The notes under the pieces are model-generated. The model searched no databases. It was given only the letters and a program-made list of their open reading frames with translations, and had not been told where the DNA came from. Below, piece by piece: positions 12,808 to 22,929 of a stretch of 64,000 bases of DNA. Position 1 is the stretch's first letter. Every line of letters starts with the position of its first letter. A program made the position numbers and the translations under genes. The stretch covers positions 1 through 64,000 of the forward strand of contig NW_003314381.1 in the NCBI RefSeq assembly GCF_000143415.4. The letters are read 5' to 3'. The stretch comes from Selaginella moellendorffii (taxonomy: Eukaryota > Plantae > Lycopodiophyta).

Positions 12808-13053
12808 TTTGAAAGTGCAGAAAAGAAGTTAAGACCATACAAAAAATGATTGGAGAATGGCCTAAATCATAACATACCAAACAACCTCAATAGCATGAGG
12901 CCACATGCCATTATTCAAACATGCTATTGACACCCACGTGAAATTTCGCATTCACAAAATTGGCATGAGGCCTCATGCCATCTTGATAAGCACACAGCTG
13001 CAGGCAAGTAAAAACATACATGACAATACCTTAGCCATGAAATTGCAAGGGCG

Positions 13054-13147
13054 CAAGATGGCATGTGGCCTCATGCCATTCCTAAATGTGGTCCTAGGCC
13101 CAAGATGGCATGTGGCCTCATGCCATTTCTAAATGTGGTCCTAAGCC
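13054..13147. repeat. 47-bp tandem duplication, each unit containing the palindrome
   Basis: caagatggcatgtggcctcatgccattYctaaatgtggtcctaRgcc, two copies. Confidence 0.9.
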
Positions 13148-13220
13148 ATTCCATGGTGAACATACCAGGAAGCACAAGTGCCGAATATCAAGAGGAAGCG
13201 GTAGCCACACCAAAGACAGT

Positions 13221-13345
13221 GCCGCTCGCAACACCGCAACTACTCGTAGCGCCGCTCGCAACACCACAACTGCTCGTAGCGCCGCTCGCACAAACTGCCA
13301 CTCGCATAAACTGCCGCTCGCAATGGTGCTCGCAATGCCGCAACC
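13221..13345. repeat. CpG-rich 30-bp tandem repeat upstream of the transposase
   Basis: gccgctcgcaacaccRcaactRctcgtagc twice, plus partial gccgctcgca units. Confidence 0.8.
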
Positions 13346-14149
13346 GCTTGTAGACGCATAAACCACAGCTCACAACGTCGCTTACACAAGCAGCGCTCAT
13401 TGCGCTCAGCGGAACCAAGAACACGGCGCACAAAAATGATAGACCTAGGAATGAGTTCGAGAATTCAAAAATAACACACGCTTGAACGTCACATCAAATC
13501 CTCTGACAAACCAGATCTTATGATTCCTCTGACAAATTTCAAACTGAGTAGCTTCTAGACTTTGCTGTCGGAGGTTGAACTTTGTCACATGATGTCCTTG
13601 CCTCGATCCAGCTGTGCCATGTTAGTGATTCTAACTTTGCCATGCCGTGTCAGTGATCCGCGCCAAGATTATTCGCCGTGTAAAGGAATAATTATGCTGT
13701 GTGTGTACGTCCATTTATGGCAATATAAGGCCACACGCCATTCAAAGAATAATACTAGTCGAGCATTTTTTGGTGCATTTTTGGGTTCAAAATTGCATGA
13801 GCCCACACGCTATAAAGTTTACCTGTACCAAAAATAGAAACAGCTTTATTTACTTGGGAATTTAAGTGGTTGAGGCATTTTTAAACTTACAAACACATGC
13901 CCTACTTACATTCCTTTGGTTGCTTAAAATTCAAAAATATTATAAACCTTTCTTTTTGCATTTTCAATGTTTTCAATTATGGTTTTTGATTTTCGCAGGA
14001 CCAGCCTAGTAATCTATTTGCATCCTGTCATGTTTATAGCTAGCTTTCGTTTGTCCCCTTCGCTAGCCTGAGATACATTTGCTCGGCATCTGCCTCTTAC
14101 AGCATTTGCCCAGAAAGGGCATCTTTCTTCATGCAGCATTTGCCACATG

Positions 14150-14175
14150 TTTAGGGTTTAGGGTTTAGGGTTTAG
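14150..14175 (+). repeat. Interstitial plant telomere repeat (TTTAGGG)3.7
   Basis: tttagggtttagggtttagggtttag. Confidence 0.9.
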
Positions 14176-15633
14176 CAATTCAGTAGCTTGATAAACACGC
14201 AAATACAGAACTTGATGCAAAATCCTTTGATATGTCACAATGCCCCTAGGACCATAAACACATTTCAATAGAGAGGGTCCTTTCATTTCATAACTCCTTA
14301 TGTAGATCTTGGTGAAACCAGAGTTAGTGAAGTTAGTTTCTTGTGATCCCGCATCTGATTGTGATATCCCTTTGCAGTGTCGATGGAAAGGTCAATGCAC
14401 ACCAAACTGTAAAATCTTGGAGCAAAATAACGGTCGGATCTATGGCAAATGCCCCTGAAACATTGTAAGGCTCGTGTGGTCTCATGTGGTGTCCGATTGA
14501 GATGCTTCTTTGCAGGGTCATCAAGAAATACATTGTATACCATTCTGTAAAATCTAGTTGCAATCTAATGGTTGGATCTCTAGAAAACTCAAAAAAATCT
14601 CGCGCATGTCAGAATATTCTAGGAAAATACTCCTATGTGCCCCTGAAAATGGCATGCGGCCCCACGCCATTCAAGAGATAACGCCAGATGACGCCGAGCA
14701 TTTTTTGGTGCATTTTTTGGGATTTGTATACCATTCTTTATTTAGCTGAACATCTGGCATTTTTGGAAATACAAGATGCTTTGGAATATCCAATCATGCA
14801 TGGTATAAATATAGCGAGGGTATTAAATGATATCCCAATCATGATCTTTCTTTTGGATTTCGCGTGCATGCAGTCCGAGGAATGATGACGTTGCGGATTT
14901 CTTTTGGATTTCATGTGCATGCATGCGTGCGGCGATCCAAAAATTAATGGTGGCGCCCAAGTCCGAGGAATGATGACGTGGCGGGATTACCAACCGTCGT
15001 GACATTTCGCGCGTGTGAGGTTAGGTTTTGCATTTTGCTTCGTACTCGCGCTCGCACACTCGCGCTCGCATCGCGCTCCCACTCACGATCACGCTCACAT
15101 TCGCGCTCATCTACCTTCTCTACAGGTTTCTCGTGTGCATCGGTGTCCACTCGCGCTTGCATCACACTTGCGCTCGCATCGCGCTCGTGTGCATCGGCGT
15201 CCACTTCAAGACACACCCAGTTTGTAACTTTGCCGCCAACTCTGCCGCCCACTCCGCCACCCACACGCAGCCCACTTGGCGTCTCGGGAGATTTCAGCGC
15301 CACTCTCCAACTGTAAGTGGCAGAGTAGCCTTGCTGCTAAGATCCGCTGCACACACAGTGCACATTCGCTAGCAAGTCCGGCCTCGATTGTCACGCCTCC
15401 ATTCGGCTTCAAATGGTAAGTCTTTTAGGCCAAGTAGAAAATGGCATGAGGCCACATGCCATTCAGTAGCAACATTGGCATGCACCGATTGGGCTCTCGA
15501 GTGCAGTCCGGTTACAGATGGCGTGTAGCCTCACGCCATCTTAGGATGCAGCCTCAAGACATCTGATGCAGTGGTGAATGGCGTGTGGCCTCACGTTATT
15601 TCCAGCTGCTAGCTTTTCATCTGTCAGCTCTAA

Positions 15634-18600
15634 TTGTTGTGCATTTCTGAACAGGTGAGGAATTGCATTCTTCTTCCAGCCACTGTCAATGTGGATGCAG
15701 AGAAGGGGGAGGAGCTCACCAGTTGGACTTTCGGGATGGAAGGCGAGGATCTGAGGCTGTACAACACAGATGGTGGGAGAAAAGATTGCATGGGGATCCT
15801 CATCCAAGTGACAGACACTCCATGCAGTTCCATGCAAGAATATGGACTGGCACTTGTGGTAGAGACAGCGTCTGCCTTCAAGATCCACCTTGCACATCCT
15901 AGCGGCTTCCCGGAGGGGGGCAGCGGCTATGAGGAATTCCTAGAGGGAGCTAGAGAGAGGTTGTCCAGGAGGCCCACAATTTCAAAGACGATGCGGGTCT
16001 ATGAAGATCACATGGAATCCACGGACCTCACCTACGGCGATGTTCAAAAACTATATTCCAACATTGAGCCGTTGAGAGTGCCTCCAGTTCGCGAAGTGAA
16101 GGGGAAGGGGGTCAATTTGGAAACTACCCCGAAGCAGAAAAGGGTGGTCAAGCTCAAGCCGACGTCCGACTCTCCTGCTCCAAAAAAGAAGCTACTCGGT
16201 GATGCCATTGCCTCGGGTTCGAACACTACACCCACAAAAAAGAAGAGCCGCAAAGAGTAGAAAGAGCAAGAAGAGGCAGCAAAAATCGTCGCAGATAATA
16301 GTACTTGTTACTATTCCAACAAAGTATATACAATCGACGTGAGCCGTATCGACATCCAAAGCAAATACAACCACAGGCTAGTATCTAATGAGTGGGTGGA
16401 GAAACTGAAGCAGAAGATGCTGGCAAGTCCAGTAACACCCGACATCGCAGACGTGATCCCCTACTACCGAACAATGAAGGGCGAGACGAGGTTTCCAGAC
16501 TTGATCAATAGGAAGGTGTTGGACGATCAGAACATCCGGTTCTATGCCGTCTCTGGGCAGCATTCTAGCTTGGCAATGCAAGAGATAGTTGTGGATATTA
16601 TGGTGGGCGAGGAGGTGAAGAAAGTCTTCAAGACAAGAGTTGTCCGCCTGATAAAAGGCAACTCGCCCCTCTGATCTATCATATACATCTCCCACGCGCA
16701 GAATGTCAAGCAAGAAACGTGCTACAAATCAGGTCTGCACGAGACATTGGCACGAACACGAAAGCTCTAGGTTCAACTGAAGAAGCCACAAAAACTAGGA
16801 CAAGGACGTGCACTAGCAACTAGCGCCTGGCATGTAAGCCTCGTTGCATGTGGCATAGCATGTGGCCTCACGCCATTTCCATTGCAGGAATTCTCGAGTC
16901 GTCTCTCGAAAACACTGGGGGTCAATGACACACTCAGCATCCATAACATTCTACTCGCGACAAAAGTTATTTTTGACAAATGGGTAGATGTGCTGAGGAG
17001 GTACCATGATGGGGAGTTACTAAACTCAATGGGTGTGGAGGACGGCCGGAAGCCCAATGATTTGAAGCTCAATGCCTTGCGTTTCTCGCGGTCTCTAGAC
17101 GACGACGACCTTCTGACAGTGGCTAATGCTCTTCTACGTGGTGAGGTAGTCTTCAACAAGACCAAAATGACTCCCGGCCATATTGTGACATACGAGGACT
17201 TGTGCACGACTCTAAGAGCTCGTGTGCTATTGAAGGATTGGATCTTCGAGCAAGTGGCCATGGAGAGGGTGAGCATCGACACCACGCAAGAGATGATGGA
17301 AGCGCTGGATTTGTCAAATGAAGACATCGACGAGTACGTGAAGGGGGCCCCCAAGTTCATCGATCTGCTGCGGGATGCCACGAAAAGTAAAGCTGAGAAG
17401 TTGGATCAGTATCCAAATTTCATTAAGAGGGATGTCGACCGCCGGCTTCAGAAACAGCTCGACCCCGCAGTAGAAGCCTATCGAGAACCTGACCGAGTAT
17501 ACGTGAATTCGGATGAGGATCAAAGGTGGAGGAGCATCATTTCCCGCGGAGATGAGTAGGTCAAGAACATCTTTTGTGTGATGAACTTCACAAACGAGGA
17601 GATCACTCATGCAGACAAAGTCAGCTCCATCATTGACTTAATGGTGGGACTTGCGGAGGTGGAATCTTCAGTCCACTATATGATCTACGACTCCAAATCC
17701 TATCACAAGTTCTGGAAGGCCTTGAACGAGGTGAAGGCTCGGTTGAAAGGCAAGGAGATGCGGGAGATCCATGGGATAATGGCTAAGAAAAAGATACCGA
17801 CGAATGTCTGCATCTTCACACTCGCCCTTGTTATTGGTCCTGCAGCAGAGTGGGACTGGAGTGACTTCCCAGCTTCGTTCGACAAGGCCGATCGAATTGA
17901 TCTGAGGGACGTCAATTTACCCGTGCCTGAGGAACTGAAGACGGCTATGGAGCTTTCGAATCCAAAGAAAGCTCCAGGTGCAGCATGGGAAATGCTCAGC
18001 TGGGTCTTCAACGCAATAGCGGGTGGGTCACCTGCTTCCGACTCCAAGGGCAAATGCATTGTCGAGTACAACTGCGGCGGACTATTCTTTCGAGCCGCAC
18101 TACTCAAGGGTGTCCCGTGTGTTGCGGTGACAAACTCCATTGAAGAGGTGACTTCAATGGAGCATATAATTACAGTTGCCAAAGAAAAACAGTATCTTCT
18201 CTGCGAACTTGGTGAGTACGCACTTTAAGTTTAAATGTTATCTCACAAGCTCTGTATGCAGGAGCGTGGCCACCCCCAGATGCTGAAACGGCGTTAACAG
18301 CTACTGTTGAAGATACCCATGTTGGGCTGAGCTCACAACCTGCACAAGGTAAGGTCACGTGAGGCCTCACGCCATTTTCATTATAGATCGTTGTGAATAT
18401 TCAAACACGAGGACTGAAAAGCGCACTAGTGGCGCGTCGAAGAAGGACAAACAGACAAGCAATAGGAAAAAAAGAGGTACAAATTATATTTGCAATGGCA
18501 TGTGGTCTCATGCCATTCCTTGCAGGAGACACTTCTTCAAAGGCAAAATAGGCAAGCACCAGCCAAGCTCAAACTAACAGTGGTCATAAAAAGCGAAAGC

Positions 18601-21047
18601 ACGTTGGACAGTCGTCGGGATCAGAGGCGTTTGATTCGAAAAGGAAGAAGGGCAATGAAAAGATGATAGGTAATGCCTCGCGGTTATGGCGTGTGTGCTC
18701 ATGCCATTCATTGCAGATCAAGGGCTGAGTGAAAGCAGCCAGTCACCACCTCCTGACTCAGATTCCTATAGCGGACTCCCCTTCCCCAATCTCAATGGAG
18801 AGGTACAATGGATGAGGGATGCTTTTCAAGTTAGGGCCATGTTTTTCTCATCTCGTCGTCTTCGAAGGGTGCAAGAACATGCAGAAACCATGTTAAGATA
18901 GTCGGGTGAGGATACAGTCGTAGGTCACATACTAAAACAGGCTATGGATGTCTTGTATTTTGAGATGGAGACTTGGCTAGATGATTTTCCCAAGATGGTC
19001 CTGGAAGAACAAGCCATCCAGCCTGAGCAGCCTATGGAACAAATGTAGGAGGGGGATGAGGAGCCAGAGAAAGATAATGAGCAGGAAGAGCAGAAGGACG
19101 AAGAGGAGGACAAAGAAGAGGAGGACGAAGAGGAGGACAAAGAAGAGGACGACGAAGAGGACTTGGATGGTCCTCACAATGGTGACGATCACAATAACGA
19201 TGACGACGATGATGACGACGATGGCCAGCCTGAGGTGGCCAAAGAGCAGCAGAGGAAGGTCATACAAGACAAACCATCAGGTAAATAATAGTACATCCAT
19301 TCCTAACCTTTTACCATTTCTAACATTGTCCATGTAGGTCGCAGAGCAAATGGTAAGTAGAGATTATTCAGTTGAATTTATAAACTCTAGCCTTTAGTGT
19401 CGAGGAAGGATAGTGCCAAGCAAGGGTCGAAACGTATGTCCAATCCTTCAGAATCAGCAGTGCGCCCAAGTGATATCAGTCCTAGTTCCTCAATAGCAGT
19501 TGATGGTAAATACAGTATAGTCGATTCAATGTGATAATGAGTTTGTTTTTAGTAGCACGGGAGGATACCATCTCAATCAAAGGGAGATATTTGGACATGC
19601 ATATGGATCCGCCAGTGGACTCTACTTGCCTGCAAGAGTCATCAGAGCTGGTGGAGGCTACTATCCATATCAACGCCAAGCAAGCTGACCACACTCCACT
19701 TGATGCTGCCCATACCACTGAGTCAATCTTGTCCACGTATCCAACTGACGGTGACCAGGTGCCATTGGACCCGCATGAGGCCGCCCCAGCCGCCAAGCCG
19801 GTCGTATCCTCATTTCCAACGGACTCAACGTGTGCCCAATAGTCTGACTACGTGCCGTTGGAACCTCCCTACACCGCCCCTGCTGCCTGTTCGGTCATGT
19901 CCACTTTGCCAACGGAGGCACCAGCTGAAATGGCGTGTGATCACACGCCATCAGAACCACCCCATGCCACTGTTGAGCCAGTTGTACCAAAGTCTACAGC
20001 TGAAATGGCATGTGCCCACACGCCATCGGATGCGATTGACCCCACATTGCAGAGGAGAGTATTTCTGCCCTTCACGTTTCCTCGACCAAAACCCTCTCAA
20101 CGACCATCGGGAGCACCATTCGCTAATATTGTAGATGGTAAAATTGACTTGTACCATTTTTTATGCTGACGCATTTCATTTCAGAGTCACGGCGAAGGTA
20201 CTGTATCGTTTTTGATCTGAACGGTGTCCTTTTCTCCCATGAGCGTGGCTTGTCCTCGAATGTCACTGCACCCTCCAAAGCCTACGGTCGCAAGTTGGTC
20301 AAAAGAGACAGATTCACATTAATCACACGGGAGAAACTGCGGGATCTAATAATGACCATGCGACACTTAAAACAGAGGGCCAGGTTCAATTTGCAATTGG
20401 GAGTTTGGACATCCATGATGCGCCACAATGCATTAACATTGCTACAGATGATGCACGATCAGACGCGAGTAATATTACCATTTGACTTTCTCCTAACGCA
20501 GGAGGATTGCTTGACTATGGTCCATGTGAGGGGTAGCAAGCCCATCTTCGTCAAGCCAGAGGCTGTAGTGATGAACTGGACTGCTAGGTTAAGTGAAATC
20601 CTCATCATCGATGACTCGCCGATTAAAACTGTAGCGAACACGCACACATATGCAGTGCACCCCATCTCTTGCAATATGGAAACTAGGGAGAAGAAACCAT
20701 ATGTTCTGGGGGACCTTGCAAAACGGCTTGGAGCGATGGTGATAGAGAATCGGCCAGTCCAGGAGGTGGCTGCAGAAATCAACCAAATGGCAGATAGAAT
20801 GGTATATCAGAAGCTATTTGATCGGACAGACACCAGTCATCATTTATGGCATGTATATTGTCTAGCCAAGCACTATCCGCATCTCCATAATCTGCTCAAC
20901 CGGATGGGTTCTTCGACCACTGAACATGAGCATGGACGTATTAGAGAAGAGATGGCATTACTATTGGGTTTAAATCCTGATAGTGTGGAGAGTGATGAAA
21001 TTCCAAGATTATTGTATAGGCATTGGAGGCAAAAAATAACAGTCTGA
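15634..21047 (+). pseudogene. Multi-exon transposon cargo gene: ParB/Srx-like domain, degenerate DNA MTase-like fold, acidic tract, FCP1/NIF-like HAD phosphatase
   Basis: ORFs 15634, 16339, 16882 and 17578 are in one frame, broken by single stops (16258, 16672, 16768, 17557). Short GT-AG introns (16834-16887, 18212-18261, 18349-18386, 18477-18525, 18670-18716, 19281-19337, 20138-20184) appear to link it to the HAD exon. Start codon not resolved. Confidence 0.62.
20185..21047 (+). CDS. FCP1-homology (NIF family) HAD phosphatase-like domain, terminal exon
   Basis: IVFDLNGVL (motif I), GVWTSMMRHN (II), TQEDC...FVKP (III), ILIIDDSPIK..AN (IV); open frame. Confidence 0.78.
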
Positions 21048-21465
21048 GATGGCATGTATTTATTTAAAAATGTAACTTATTATGGCATGGGGTTCCATGC
21101 CATTGTATTAATATTAAAAGACAATTCTTTGAGAGGATTTGCATTATACTAGAAGTGTTACAGCATGTTATTGGAAGTCTACGAAGTTGTTTTATTAATA
21201 AGGGGAAAGTAAAGATTGAATGGGGACTTGGGCTCCACCTAGACTCGGAGCAATTGAGCTAATATTAAAAGGATGGAAAGAAATTGGACGACGATGACAA
21301 GGAGAAGAGAGAGGTGAAGCAGTGGCAGGGGGAGGAGAAGTGATTGAGTAGACATTTCCTTGTTTAAAATAAAATGGCATGTGCCTCAATGTAGTTGAAT
21401 TTTGTTATATTTATATACTATATAAAGGTTTGGAAACCTTATTTTACAAGTGGGATAATGACAAT

Positions 21466-21489
21466 TCCCACTTTAACGAAATAGAGCTT
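21466..21489 (-). repeat. Right terminal inverted repeat (24 bp)
   Basis: TCCCACTTTAACGAAATAGAGCTT followed by TSD GTAT. Confidence 0.92.
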
Positions 21490-22929
21490 GTATGCTATAT
21501 GTGTTAAAACCAAATGATAGACAACAAAATGACCTCTTTCACCTTGAGCATTTAAGGCCTTTGATAATTTTTCTTGGAGAGTTTCTAGCTCTAGGAAAGG
21601 AAGTTTATGAAGGTATTATGACATCCACTTTAACAAGCATAGCATTCACCACTCTCATATATGGTCTGTACTTCAGCTTGATAGGCATCAATTATTGTGT
21701 GCTACTCTAAAACATGGCATGCCATGTCATGTAAGTTCATAGTCCTATTCAAAAATGTCTTCTATGATATTTATAATGCTGACAATAGAGCATCAAGATT
21801 CAATTTTCTAACATATATGATTATGGAATGAGATTTAAATATATTGTCACTATGAATCTTTGGAATTTTAGGAGATAAATAGAGATAAAATAGCCAATAA
21901 AGGCTCTCTTATTAAGTAATTACCATTAGCTTTTTTTTAAAAAGTGTGCCATATATGATATTAGAGTAAATGGCATGGGTTAAATTCTTTAGTGCTATTT
22001 AAAATATTCTATATAGTATATATTTTTACCCTTAAAATTGAAATTGAAAAGTCCTTGCAAAGGCTCTTTAGGTTAGTTGAAGTCATTCTTCTCTTTATGA
22101 ATAAAATGAACAATAATATCCTTAATACCCTAAACCAATTCAGCTAAAGGGCAATCCAATCTTGACTAGATCATGGCATTTTTCCCTTTTGCAGGAGAAG
22201 AACCAATAATAAACCTATTTCATCTCAAGAAAATTTTAAATATGTGAAGATTTTATAATATTCCTCCAAAATATTATATCAGAAGTTCATAAGACTTGAA
22301 CCTCTCTTATACAATCTTATACCATATTGGCTATTGTTGTAGGCAAATTCACTAATGAACTTTGGCTAATATAATAGAGTAGTATATCCTCCACCACCTA
22401 ATTATGTGCCTTCTATATGCCTTTCACTAATGTCGCTAATGTTAACCTGTATAATCCTGGTAGATATGGGGCTGGAAAGCTAGCCCAAATCACCTAGAAA
22501 ACTCATAAAGACTAGTGCTCTCATAGAAAACATCTCAGCCCTAAGTACAAACTATATATATATATATATATTGGAATTTACTAATCCCCATGTATATGGC
22601 ACTCTCTATTAGGAAAGTCATCTCAACATTGTGAACCAATATGTGTTCAAGGATAACTAGAAGACTAAAAGGACACTAGTAGGATAAGAAAAACAACATC
22701 TAAAGCAATCCATCAAAGGTAACTATTGAAACTTTGAAACAAATGCAAAAGCACAAACATAACTATGAGTTGAGAGTAAATTTATTCTCCAGCAACTTCA
22801 AGATCATTTAGAACTCTAAACTCAACACAGAAACTCAAAATGGATAAAATAACCATCATTTTGTGTCGCGAATGTGACTTTGAGTATCGAAAGATATTTG
22901 TCAGCCAGTCCTTACGGATACTCTTTCTA

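Larger units (their letters stand above)
8334..21103. repeat. Dispersed 22-bp palindrome, consensus ATGGCRTGWGGCCWCAYGCCAT, about 25 copies confined to the transposon
   Basis: Copies starting at about 8334, 8650, 8739, 9146, 9339, 9499, 9645, 10987, 11044, 12890, 12960, 13058, 13105, 13720, 13792, 14649, 15441, 15518, 15578, 16855, 18354, 18495, 18686, 19930, 20005, 21082. Confidence 0.93.
8109..21489. mobile_element. 13.4-kb cut-and-paste DNA transposon (Sola-like DDD transposase) carrying a large cargo gene
   Basis: Perfect 24-bp TIR AAGCTCTATTTCGTTAAAGTGGGA at 8109-8132 and its reverse complement at 21466-21489; GTAT duplicated at 8105-8108 and 21490-21493; internal transposase frame. Confidence 0.88.

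Noticed and set aside
8334-21103. Palindrome series as a CRISPR array or bacterial REP elements
   Set aside because: Spacing is irregular (tens of bp to kb), there are no uniform spacers or cas/RAYT genes, and the context is eukaryotic with spliceosomal introns.
21700-22180. ATGGCAT half-sites outside the right TIR (about 21714, 21970, 22173)
   Set aside because: Only 7-8 bp matches without the second arm at the right spacing; compatible with chance.
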